A stretch of DNA of 62,922 nucleotides, filler included, from Klebsormidium nitens (lineage: Eukaryota; Plantae; Klebsormidiophyceae): NCBI GenBank assembly GCA_000708835.1. It is 5 parts of 5 records of this genome, joined end to end, with 100 filler letters (N's around TTAATTAATTAA, not from the genome) between each part and the next. Parts side by side here need not be neighbours in the genome. Positions count along the whole stretch, not along the records: positions 7,873 to 38,305 come from DF237785.1; positions 38,406 to 55,798 come from DF237996.1; 3 more parts are not named here. One strand, 5' to 3'. The position numbers and the translations under genes are program-made. Below, piece after piece: positions 33,060-44,050 of the stretch; positions within the stretch are counted from its first letter, which is position 1; every line of letters starts with the position of its first letter. The notes beneath the pieces are model-generated. The model was not told where the DNA came from. It was given only the letters and a program-made list of their open reading frames with translations, and did no database searches.

Positions 33060-34551
33060 CATCTGGTTCAGTAGCTGAAGGTGATGCTGTAGGTGGGGGG
33101 CTTGAGCCGCTCAGACGCGCTGCAAGTCCTAAGAATGGCCCAACAACGTACACACTAGCTTCTAACTGCTTGAAGTTTGTTCTCGCATCTTGAAAGTTGT
33201 CTGCCTGGTCGGGGCCGCCCACGATCGCGCCCTCCAGCACGTTTGGGTTGGGGTCCGACGTCTGAAAGAACTTGAAGCCTTCGCCACATTTGTAATGAAT
33301 TCCGTCTCTCGGGATTGATGCTGCCCTATGGTGCACCCTTTGTGGGAACGACTCTCCCAGGCCGACCATATACGACATGCGCCGCGGGTTCGCGCCGAGG
33401 ATGTAGTCCGCCTGCTTCTTGCTGTACGCCAACAGCGTGTCGCTCGTGTACGTGCTGCCCGAGCATGTCAGTGACGCATTTGCTTGCTGCAAAATGTCGT
33501 TGTAAGCCGCTATCACAAATGCGCTCGTGGTCACATATTGCAAAGGTGACCATTCCCGGATCCATGGCAGCCCCGCAGCAGTCTTTGGCGTATTCCCTGT
33601 CACGTACGAGCACACAAAGCCGTCGAGGGCCTTCTTGTAATGATCTAGAGCCGTCCCTGAAGGCTGCTGACCGAGGAGGACGAGCCGAGCTGCTAAGAGC
33701 TGCGCGGCTGCCCTCTTGTCGTCCCATGATATTTCTGTCGCCGTTCCCTTCCAATTCAATGGGCCGTCGTTCGAATTGGGCCCAGTCATATAAGCAATGT
33801 AGGTTGGGTCCGACGTGGCCCTGTGAAGCCACGCAGCAGCCCACAGCAGCTCATCACCATACCCAGAGTACGATTTGTAAAATGCTGCTGCAGCCGGGAC
33901 AGAGTCGCTATAACTCCCCCGGTATTTATCCGCGAAATGGAAGAGCTGGGTCGCATGAAAGATCAGGACATCGTGGTAAGCATTATCCCGCTCCCTGAAG
34001 ACGATCGATGCTGCAGCGAGTGCAGCTGCTGCCTCCGCAGCCACTTCGGAGCCTGGCTTGCTTGAGTCTACCTTGAAGCTCGGCCTCTGCATGTCGAGGT
34101 CCTCAGGTCTCATCCAGCAAGCATGATCTTTTTCCCCATCACCAACCTGAACGTAGAGCTCGTTCTCGGAGGGGTGTGCTCTCAGGAGCCAATCAGTGCC
34201 CCACTTGAGGGCGGCGATTGCGCGATCTTGCTCGGTCCCATAAAGCTCCCCGTATTCGACCAAGCCAAAGGCCATCATGCTTAACGTGAAAGACAGCGGT
34301 AGGCCAAAGACCACGTGGTCGCCCGAATCAAAGTAGGCTCTTGACAGATCAAGGCCCACATCAGAGCCATCAGACAGGCAGGAGTCACCACGCCAGGGGA
34401 TCCTGTTATCAGCAGGTAGCTTACCACTCCGTTGAGCCTCAAAGAAGAGGAGGCCTTTGTGGAGAGAATCAGAATAGACATCACACCTTGCAAGGGTGGG
34501 GGCGAACAAGAGAAGAAACAGATAAAAGCAGGAAGTGCTCGCGGATTGCAT
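33001..34551 (-). CDS. Secreted glycoside hydrolase family 9 endo-1,4-beta-glucanase, plant-type, intronless
   Basis: Signal peptide, FFEAQRSGKLP, WRGDS, YFDSGD, QVGDG..DH..W.RPED, DELLWAA.WL, RVHHR, GAIVGGPD..D.F.D.R.N..Q.E. Confidence 0.92.
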   Translation of the reverse strand: MQSASTSCFYLFLLLFAPTLARCDVYSDSLHKGLLFFEAQRSGKLPADNRIPWRGDSCLSDGSDVGLDLSRAYFDSGDHVVFGLPLSFTLSMMAFGLVEYGELYGTEQDRAIAALKWGTDWLLRAHPSENELYVQVGDGEKDHACWMRPEDLDMQRPSFKVDSSKPGSEVAAEAAAALAAASIVFRERDNAYHDVLIFHATQLFHFADKYRGSYSDSVPAAAAFYKSYSGYGDELLWAAAWLHRATSDPTYIAYMTGPNSNDGPLNWKGTATEISWDDKRAAAQLLAARLVLLGQQPSGTALDHYKKALDGFVCSYVTGNTPKTAAGLPWIREWSPLQYVTTSAFVIAAYNDILQQANASLTCSGSTYTSDTLLAYSKKQADYILGANPRRMSYMVGLGESFPQRVHHRAASIPRDGIHYKCGEGFKFFQTSDPNPNVLEGAIVGGPDQADNFQDARTNFKQLEASVYVVGPFLGLAARLSGSSPPPTASPSATEPDVNIGEPPGPILCECDCEGF

Positions 34552-34640
34552 CTTACTTGTTGACGTCAAAAAGATGGCTCAGTGTACGCAAAGCATGCGT
34601 GGCAGCTTTTAGATGATGCTGAGCAGGTCCAACCGCCAGG

Positions 34641-35510
34641 CTAACCTGCCCGTAAACGCTTCCGGGAGCGAGTGCTATATCGGGGGGAAGCGGAGTTGCT
34701 CTGGTTAGCTGAGGACTTCCTTGCTCGCCCTTTACACAGTGGTGTCGCTGGATCGAGTCGAACAGCATCCGTGAACGAAGCTTCACCGTGACATGGGCCC
34801 TTTTGTATGATAGGCGTGCATAGCTGCCCTTTGGCAGCCGTGTTCAGCACGTTTGCAAACTCTTCAATGGAGTAGAACAGCAGCAATTGCACTGGGTACT
34901 TTTGTTTACGGTATATCGGTGGCCCTCCTTGACGAGGCTCAAGCATGATTTCAAAGTCTGCCTTGAATGTCTTGCTCCGCTGAACAAGCACACACTGGGA
35001 GTAGTCAATCATGCTTAAATAACGGGGAAGTTTTGATTGAGCACTTACCAGAAACAATGCACGTTTAATTGGATATGTACCATCGAATGCCCTGTTTATA
35101 AACTGATGCGTCAGGTCTCCATACGGGGGATTTGCAATCATGTAGATCTGCTTTCGTTTGGTCAGAGTTGGAATGACATGTTCAAGGAAGTCCACGCCTG
35201 GATAAAAGTGTGAGTCTGGCATAAATTCAAAGTTTGTTCCTCTCAAATCAGAGGCATAGCGGTTATTGGTTGGGAATTGGGCATACAAGCGTCCGCTGCC
35301 AGCGGCTGGGTCCCACATGGTCCAATCTTGAATGCGACTCCCAGTACTTTGGATGTCTTGAGCAGCCACGCATGACATCAACTTCGAGAGGTTGTGTGAT
35401 GTGTATCAGCTTTGGGTCAAGTAACGATCATAAGTCGCTGGTGTCCACGGCAACCAATGGGGATCATTCCTGTTTGGCCACACACGTATTGGAGCAGGAA
35501 GATTTGGCAT
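34641..35510 (-). pseudogene. Amino-(N6A/N4C) DNA methyltransferase-like gene with in-frame TGA at 35406-35408
   Basis: WDPAAGSG (motif I) and IANPPYG (motif IV); the frame continues upstream of the stop as ...YDRYLTQS*. Confidence 0.6.
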
Positions 35511-35662
35511 TCTTGGATAGCATCTGCATAGAATTTATTATTCTTCGTAGAAGTAAGGTACACCCCGTCTGCTCCATTTGACACGTCTACCACACCTCCC
35601 TCCTCTCCAGCCTCTCTGGACTGGCCCTCCCATCTTACACGTGCGTACCTGGTGTACACACG

Positions 35663-36711
35663 TCAGAGCTCTGCTGAGTGATTCTGAACAATCTTGGCAA
35701 GGGCCTTGCTTACAAAGTCAGAGATACTCCGCTGCTTTGCTACGCTGGTAAGAACAAGCCTGTACCTATCCCCCCTGAAGAAAACGCCAAGGTAGACTGG
35801 TTGAGCCTTGGTGGAACGGCATATGCACGGGAGCTCTACGTTGGACCCTTCCATGGCAAATTCAATCTGCTCTTCACAGCTTGTACACCTCAGCCGCAGG
35901 ACCTTCATCAGGTAGCACTTTGCAGCCACCAATCTTTCAAGGGGCAAGAGCGCCTCAGCCTCCTGTACACACATACGTCAGAATTTGAGAGTGTCCACCG
36001 GGAAACTGACTTGTTGACCATGCAACCCAGTTCTCCAGCATGCAAGAAGGGATTGTCATGGAGATGTGACTGCACCTTCACATGATTCATCAGGGGGGTG
36101 ACAAATGTTGTAGCACCGGCCTCCAGCCCCTTCACTTCAAAATCCCCTGTTTTGTCACAGTCCGGAATCCAGGTTATCTCCTTGGCACGCTCCCTCTCCT
36201 GCAACATGCAACCACAGTAACAGGTGAGACAAAAACCAATGTTAAAGGTTGCTGGCTTTCCCACGAAAGCTTAGCACTCAAGGAAAGATCAAGGAAGCTC
36301 ATCATGTTCTCTTACCTGACGAGCCCGTCGGATGCACAAGGGGCTGTCATCATCAGAGTCCTCAGGTCCCGACTCCACCTGAAATGTCACATGTTTGTCA
36401 ACACGTGGCCCATCCACGTTGGGGCTTGCTGTCTTGGCCAACTCCTGTATCCTGATGTTTTTAGCATGTAGTTCCTCCTGTAGCCGAGCAATCTTTGCCT
36501 CAAAGTCACTCTTCTCCTCGCGGGCTTTCCTCTTTCGAGCAACGCTGATGCTGTTCAGAACCACCAACTTTTGTCGCTCAGCAGCGAGTTCGTCCTCAGC
36601 CCCTTGGCACCGCGCTTGCGCAGCATCTCTATCCTTTTTCAATTGTTGGACCTGAGCAAGGACGGTTTCAGCATGAGTGACCGCTGCCTCAAGGGACGCG
36701 GCCTGCCCCAT
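35663..36711 (-). CDS. Three-exon hypothetical protein (coiled coil + CxxC/CxC)
   Basis: Exons 36711-36316, 36198-36076 and 35962-35663 joined by phase-0 GT-AG introns. The start codon is uncertain. Confidence 0.55.
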
Positions 36712-36855
36712 GTCTTTATCTGCTCGCGACTTGGCGAGCTTCTTTCCCCTTCCGCATTGTAGGTACTTGGTGACGCAGATCTCTAGCCACAAAAATCCAG
36801 AAAAGCAGGACACATCTACGGCAGATGGGGGCTTATCCTCCCGGATCCGCCGAGA

Positions 36856-38305
36856 ATGGGGGCAACCTGCATCACAGGGGCATTATCCATGGATACACGG
36901 CCCACACGTCCATGCAACGGATGCCAGGTAGCCCCAGTTGAGCTCACCGTTCCAGCAGACGCCCGCGGATCATCAGAAATGGCTTCTTCTCGGAGCTTTG
37001 GGTCGCTGGTTGTCGATGATGGGGCTTCTGGCAGCGGCTCTCGAGCTCAGGTGCCTACACATGAACTCCGCCTTGCCCTTCTGAAACTGAAAGCCGGATA
37101 CATTGTGGACACGGTAGCAAAGACCCTTGCTGGCGGGAACGCGAGCCAACATGAGAGCCTCCGGAGAAGTCTGGATGTGAGTGACCTCGAGGAAGACAAG
37201 GAGTATGGCTGGGTGCTCAAGCTCCATCAAGTCAGAGGGCACGAGTGGGACGAGATTGTCTGGGACAACAGGAACTGGAAGATTGGCATTGCCCCTGATT
37301 GCGAAGTTGTGCTGATCAGGAACCAGACCAGTGTCAGGTAAGGGAATCACGTGGCCCGTACCTGCATGCAAATGCTTGCATCACTTTGACGAAAGCAACA
37401 ATTTTAAATCCGCTGCACCGTATTCTGACCGGTAATGGTTAACTTGCCAACGGTAACGGTTATGGTAACGGTTGCGATAACGGTTTGTAAGCATCAGAAA
37501 CGCTACTAGCGCCTGCAGATGAGCCTCACTGATGTTAATTATAAAACACCCTTCATGAGCTCTTGCTGTGAAGTGCAAGCCTAAGACAGGGGCTGGAAGG
37601 ATTGCCTAACCAAGTGGCTGTCCTTGCGCTTAAGTGCAGGTGTGGGAAGCCTTTCGTCCAGCATGACCGAGACCTTAGGCCTTCCGAGGCTGAGCTGTGC
37701 CACTGGCTTGGCGAGCAGCTCAAGAGTGATGGCTGGTCGGACAGAATCACTGAGGAGTGTGTACACGGTCCGGAATGCTTCTTCCTGTCCCTACCCCTTC
37801 CGTATGTCGAGGAGAGAGCTTCAGCACTTATGGGCCCCGACGCTCACCAGCTTCCGTTCTTGGAGGCAATGGCCAACGACTTCAGTGGACAGGGCGTGTT
37901 GTGGAGCATGCCAGCCATCATGGTCGGCTCAGGCTGGTTTGGGCTCTCGTATGAGGTCCAGGATGGGCTGCGGAGCTACGACCCCACTGGGCGCTGGAAA
38001 GACATCAGTGGCATATTCAGGTTGGTCAATGTCAACTGAAGCTCTAAGAACAGATGTCATGCTCAGCAGCCCGCACATCCATGCGAAGGTGCAAGGCTTG
38101 TACTGCCCCCTAATGTTGGTTGGTGACAAACCTGCCTGGCACTTGCAGGTTCCAGGAGTTCCACGACATCGTCTACCTGCAAGCCGCCGACTACTGGAAG
38201 TTCTTTGACGCCTGCCTCTGCAAGACATCCTTGGACACCGTGGAGGCAATCCTGACAGCTGCTTGCCAGATTGGGAAATCCCTCCTGACAGCAGAGATCA
38301 CCTAC
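36856..38305 (+). CDS. Multi-exon hypothetical protein, 3' end in gap
   Basis: Exons to 37337, 37640-38020 and from 38149, joined in frame by GT-AG introns. Confidence 0.55.
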
Positions 38306-38409
38306 NNNNNNNNNNNNNNNNNNNNNNNNNNNNNNNNNNNNNNNNNNNNTTAATTAATTAANNNNNNNNNNNNNNNNNNNNNNNNNNNNNNNNNNNNNNN
38401 NNNNNTCCC

Positions 38410-38634
38410 ATGACCAGGACTGGTCATGATGCAATTGTGGTCTTCGTTGACAGGTTGACCAAGATGGTTCACTTTGCTCCCACGCACACAAAATGCTCCG
38501 CTGAGGATGTTGCGAAGTTGTTCCCGCATAACGTGTTTAGACTTCACGGACTTCCTGCAAAACTTGTTTCGGATAGAGATCCGAGGTTTACAAGCAAGTT
38601 CTGGGTTGAGCTAGCTCGGCTGCTAGGCACATGA
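38410..38634 (+). mobile_element. Ty3/Gypsy integrase core fragment
   Basis: VFVDRLTKMVHF..LHGLP..LVSDRDPRFTSKFW. Confidence 0.85.
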
Positions 38635-38821
38635 GCTTCGTGAGCTCCGGGCCTACACCCCTATTCAGAAGTTTCGTAACCTAACCCGGATGACGTGGCA
38701 ATCTAACCCGGTTACGGTGAACACATTATTGGGTTGTTTCCTTTTACCTAACCAAATTGAACACAACCCTACATAGAATAAATTAGGCCACTAATGTGCC
38801 AGATCATGGCATCTTGACGCC

Positions 38822-38898
38822 TGTCCGTAGCCGAGCTGAGCGTTCGAGCGCCTAGCGCGAGGTCGCGGGTTCGAGCCCGACTCCATGCATTTTTTGCT
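38822..38898 (+). pseudogene. tRNA-like relic / SINE head
   Basis: A-box-like TAGCCGAGCTG, AGGTC variable loop, B-box GGGTTCGAGCCC, then a T run. Confidence 0.45.
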
Positions 38899-39404
38899 TT
38901 TTTGCATGTATCACTTTTTGATGGGCAAAACTCGCGTGCTTCACAAAACGGTTCGTACCAATGAATTGGGGTTGACACGAGACTCTTGGAATTTAAAATT
39001 CAAAGCGTTCCATCCTCGACGGAACGCGCGTGGCGGACCTGTGACTTTGTACGCCTGCCACCGGCTTTCGAGCACGGTTCTCCGGTGAAAGCCACTGGGG
39101 AAACACAACAAGCCATTGTGTTCACAAAACACCATTGAGACCGAGCAGAATCCATTCGAGGTGTCAAGACCGGAGCCTTACCGCACAGGGGTCACCACAA
39201 TTCGTTGCAAAAATAAGGCCATTTGGCACACGTCATAGTATTTCATTGCCATTTTTGAATTGGCCACCTCACATCAACTTTCAAGGTGCTTGCACCTCAA
39301 ACATCTCAGAATAGGAGTTGGTTAATTTTCCAAATTTTGAAACCGACTGAGAATGTCCCCAATTGCCTGTAGTCCACGTTATAAAACTTCTGAATCGGGG
39401 TGTA

Positions 39405-39736
39405 GTTCCAACGCCGTCAAAGTTCCACCGTGGCAGCCCCCGTGGCAGTATCTACGGCCGGCGGCGCTTTTCCGGAGATTTTCGGGGGTCCGAGTCGAAT
39501 TTTCGATCGAAATTTGACTCGGCCGCACTGACCACTGCCACTAGGCTTGGCTCGGCTCTCGAGCCTAGCCTAGCTAGTAGCCAGTGACTCACTAGTGAGT
39601 CTACTTAGACTCCGAAAACTCCGGCGCGCGGAACTTCAATCAGTTATATTTGAAGTTCAGATCAGCCTACGGTCTGCCACACGGACAGAACTTACGGCCT
39701 ACGCGATCCGACGTGGAACTTTGACGGCGTCGGAAC
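39405..39736. mobile_element. MITE-like element with 24-bp TIRs and TA duplication
   Basis: TA|GTTCCAACGCCGTCAAAGTTCCAC ... GTGGAACTTTGACGGCGTCGGAAC|TA (one mismatch), with internal palindromes. Confidence 0.7.
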
Positions 39737-41621
39737 TAGGCCCACTTTCGAAAATTAGATGCCTTATTTGAATGCCCCGGGGTCTTGGCTGGCATCCAAC
39801 TTGGCATGCCAGACCTTGACCAGCTTCTGCTCGTTCGCCTTGTTCTTCTCGTCGATCTCGGCGCAGTCCTTGATACTTTTCTCTAGACGTTCTCTGAAGT
39901 GATCATGCAAGGCGTGATAGGCATCACCCTCGCAGGACTCCAACGGAACTGCAAAGGACTTGAAACGTTCTTACTCCTGGTGAGCATGGGAGAGGCGCAA
40001 AGGCGCCTGGTGATAAACTTCTCAGAGAGAAGGTGGTGTAAAGGTTACACCGTTGGTGGAATCCAGAGACTACATGTTTCATTCCTGCTCCCCCTTGGGA
40101 GCTGCATGCATAATCTCATGTGTATGATATTATGAGTCGCAGACTTGCAGTACGTGCACATGCATAGACTCAGACAGTATGTNNNNNNNNNNNNNNNNNN
40201 NNNNNNNNNNNNNNNNNNNNNNNNNNNNNNNNNNNNNNNNNNNNNNNNNNNNNNNNNNNNNNNNNNNNNNNNNNNNNNNNNNNNNNNNNNNNNNNNNNNN
40301 NNNNNNNNNNNNNNNNNNNNNNNNNNNNNNNNNNNNNNNNNNNNNNNNNNNNNNNNNNNNNNNNNNNNNNNNNNNNNNNNNNNNNNNNNNNNNNNNNNNN
40401 NNNNNNNNNNNNNNNNNNNNNNNNNNNNNNNNNNNNNNNNNNNNNNNNNNNNNNNNNNNNNNNNNNNNNNNNNNNNNNNNNNNNNNNNNNNNNNNNNNNN
40501 NNNNNNNNNNNNNNNNNNNNNNNNNNNNNNNNNNNNNNNNNNNNNNNGGGCTGTAGCAATCTGCCTAGCCCATCACTCAGCACCGGGCTTGCTTCTGGTC
40601 ACCCTGTACCATGAAACAAGTCAATTAATTTTACCTTATAAACACTGGTTAACCAGTGGATATAATTTGTGTGGGTCCGATCGTACGGTGGACAGTGACC
40701 GCCGGTCTAATTCCGGTTCCGCGCGACGCATCGAGCGACGCAGACTTCACCGCGGAATTGAAAAGATCATCGACGGCAAAAAGTCAACCTCACGAGGTAT
40801 GAACTTAGCCGCATTGGTATCGGATGAAATCACACTGAGTTGAGCAGACTTGTGCAACGTCAGCTACCGCATTGTTTGGCGGTGTAACCCTATTTTTAAC
40901 TTGATTGGTTACGGACAAACAATGCGAGTTAGACAAAACAAACTTATGATGTCTGCAAAAAGAGTCGACGAACTCAGCGTTGAACGGTTTGCCCAGACGC
41001 TTTGTTACGCCGACCCTGACACTTGTCTCGTTAAAATAAACTTATAGATTAACGTTAGCAAAAAGGGGCTGCGTGGAATGCGGGTGTCTGGTGCGTTGAG
41101 CATACTGCTCAGGCCACCCTTTAGTCCACATTTGCCCTACCCCAAACGTTCCGAAATAAACTTATATTTCGTAACTGAACGTTAGTTAAAAGGGGCACTA
41201 CTTGCCGACCTCAGCAAAAGTGTGTGTGCCATTGGGGAGGAGAAAGATGGTTCAAGTTTTTGACCCAACTTCCTACTCACCAATGGCTGATAAGTCTTGT
41301 GCAAACAAAACTATCAACCCAATTACTGACCTCAGCAAAAGTTTGACGCCATCGGTCAGGAAAAGGATGGCTTTAAACCATCCTTCTACTGAATGATGAC
41401 GGGCAGGTTTTGTTCTCAACAAACTTATAATCGGGAATCAACGTAGTCCCCTTACGACAGCAAAAGTGCAGGGCGTAGTTCATCATGAACTTCGTCCTAC
41501 GTCGAGGCTAATTAAGTTTAAACTTATAACTTGGAATCGACGTTACTTAGCTGATTACAGACTGCACTATCAGAGCCATGCACCCCTTGACGAACGCACA
41601 TGCGTACGGAACAAAAGATTG

Positions 41622-41673
41622 GGTGCCCCGGGATTCGAACACGGTACCATGAGCCTGGATCCGAGTATCATCT
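41622..41673 (-). pseudogene. tRNA-like 3' half; 5' part in gap
   Basis: Minus strand reads ...CCGTGTTCGAATCCCGGGGCACCCA (T-arm/B-box and CCA). Confidence 0.4.
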
Positions 41674-42501
41674 NNNNNNNNNNNNNNNNNNNNNNNNNNN
41701 NNNNNNNNNNNNNNNNNNNNNNNNNNNNNNNNNNNNNNNNNNNNNNNNNNNNNNNNNNNNNNNNNNNNNNNNNNNNNNNNNNNNNNNNNNNNNNNNNNNN
41801 NNNNNNNNNNNNNNNNNNNNNNNNNNNNNNNNNNNNNNNNNNNNNNNNNNNNNNNNNNNNNNNNNNNNNNNNNNNNNNNNNNNNNNNNNNNNNNNNNNNN
41901 NNNNNNNNNNNNNNNNNCTGGAGCCTTTCAGGTCGGCTTATGAGCGTCAGCGCGCGAGTGGGGTACTAACCGGTGATGCAAGCCGGAAGCCTGGTAACCC
42001 GCTAGGTCATCCGTACTGACCAACACCCTGGTCGATACTCTGATCCTCTTACAATCTGGTATTTAAAGTTCGACAACTTCATCCAGAAAGTTTGTGGGTC
42101 CACTTGGATCTCCACCGTCGATTCTTTGACGGTTCCGTCCTGGTTCCGCTTACGCTCCGTTCCAAAAGGAATCGAGCTCAGATTGTCCCACTTGGGAGTG
42201 TGCGTGGTGGCTAGCAACGTCAAGTTGCCGGTGCCAGTTATCTTCTTTGCCCGTGCTGACTACGAAGCACTAACGCAAATATATAAAGACAACTTTCTGA
42301 CTTCTGTGACACTGTGGGTCTAAGAACACAACAGAGAAGCCCACCTGATCATGACACGTGGCAGATCAACGGTGGTAGGCAGCTCGTAGAAGGTCGGCGG
42401 GACGGCTGACGCGGCCGCGCGAACTTCGAAGTCACAGAGCCTGCAAAACTTTAAACAATATTTCGGTCAGAAAACAGTTGAGAGTTGGTTTACAAAAACT
42501 C

Positions 42502-44050
42502 TCAGGTCGTTCGTGCCCTATTGGCAGCCTTACGAACTGACATGGTGACAACCTTCTGCTTCGGCTTCTTAGCCTTAGCAGGTTCCACCTGGACTTGGGC
42601 GGGCTCGGGTACACCTTTCCGAGACTTTCCCACATAAACCCAATACTCTTCGAGAATATCCTTACAATTAGTAAGGTTCTTCTCTGGCTCCCAAGTATTG
42701 TGCTCGGGCCCATACCCTGACCATTTGACTCGGAACTCTGTCTTGGTGCTTTTTCCGCGTTTAACCTTGCGGTCGTCGAGTACTCTTTCGACCTCATACT
42801 CCAATGAGTCATCGATTTCGATGGGTGGTGGAGGCGGCTGCACTCTGCCATCATTTCTGTAGGGCTTCACAAGATTAACGTGAAACACGTTATGCATCTT
42901 GAGATTTGGCGGAAGCTTCAACTTATAAGCGACCTTGCCCACCGCTTCGATCACTTTGAACCGTCCTACCCACTTGGGCAAAAGCTTGCGAGTCCCTGGA
43001 TTCGCGAGCTCAAAGTTTTGTGTTGAGAGGAGCACTTTCTCCCCCTTCGCGAAAGAGACGTCCCGTCTCTTCTGATCAGCAAAAGACTTCATACGCGATT
43101 GTGCCGCCAAGATACTTTGTTTCGCACGCGCGAGACTCCACGACCCGTCCCTGGCAAATTTGGTAGTGTCGCTTTTCGAGAGGCACGCCGTCCGATGTCC
43201 GATCTGACGGTCAAATTTTGGCTTCGGCCGAACTAACACCGTGGCGGAAAAACCCTCCAATGCCACGAACCACTTTTTCGAGCAGCCCAATACAGCGGTT
43301 TCAAGATAATGGAGGCCGCTTAGTTAAAAAGCCCTCCAGGACGATTGCGAACGCCTTGATGAAAAGTTATGCAGATTGCTGCCAACATCAGAACACTTAT
43401 AGACAATGAATCATAGCAATTTACAGCACTCAAAAAGATGAAGAGACCTGCAAGCAATAGTAGGCTCCCTACAGTGATGAGCGACCATTGAGTGCTTTTG
43501 CGAAGCGCCATGACTGGTCACTGTCCGTCTTCCAGACTCTACGATACGACGTTTCGAAATCACTCTATAAGTTTGAGACTGCTTTTGCGAGTAGGTCGAC
43601 GTCATCAAATTTTGCCGTACGACTCCAAATCTGTACGGCGCGCGGACCGGCGACAGTGACTCGACTACGGTATATAAGGATCGGGGTGGAATGAGTCGCC
43701 GGACGCGACTTGACACAAATTGTAATCTGCCCACGTGGGTGGGCCTAGATGACTACCTCTTCAGTGAGGCCGGACTGGTCGTGTCATATCCATCTGTCGC
43801 ACAAAGTCAGTGGCTTGGGGACCCGAGTTTCCCTGCCCCCATCAAGAGGTGTACGTGGGTGCTGAACAGTGTTTAACATAAACGGGGTTTCCTTAACCGA
43901 CTCTTGCCAAGCATTGCTCACACTGACCCCTGCAAGATACAACCACTCATCCCAATCGTCCTGCTGAGGACCGATGTAGTGACGCAAGTAATCCTCCAGG
44001 ATACGGTTAGCCCGCTCAATTTGTCCATCAGTCTGAGGGTGGAACGCTGT
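42502..44050 (-). mobile_element. Chromovirus-type Ty3/Gypsy 3' fragment (integrase end + chromodomain)
   Basis: TAFHPQTDGQ.ER.N, QSRMK..AD..RR, KLLPKW.G.F, HNVFHV.L.K and EYEVERVLD..VKWSGY...NTWEP. Confidence 0.9.

Larger units (their letters stand above)
7873..35500. mobile_element. Giant endogenous viral element (Nucleocytoviricota, phycodnavirus-like); boundaries approximate
   Basis: Tightly packed, mostly intronless ORFs including A32 ATPase, MCP-like, Prim-Pol/D5, RNase III, DUF5832-like, HNH, EsV-1-7 and T5orf172 genes. The block is scaffolded between host TEs and a host gene, and its left edge is a gap. Confidence 0.88.

Noticed and set aside
9213-35381. Bacterial contamination or a prokaryotic defence island (HNH + MTase + phosphoesterase)
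   Set aside because: A32, capsid and primase genes, spliceosomal introns, F-box and cyclin indicate a eukaryotic virus in a eukaryotic genome.
37429-37487. AACGGT/TAACGG short repeats in an intron as a TE end
   Set aside because: No partner inverted repeat or TSD was found; kept only as a simple repeat.
39770-40000. Minus-strand coding-like fragment (..HFRERLEKSIKDCAEIDEKN..)
   Set aside because: No start, no recognisable family and it runs toward a gap; support is too weak to annotate.
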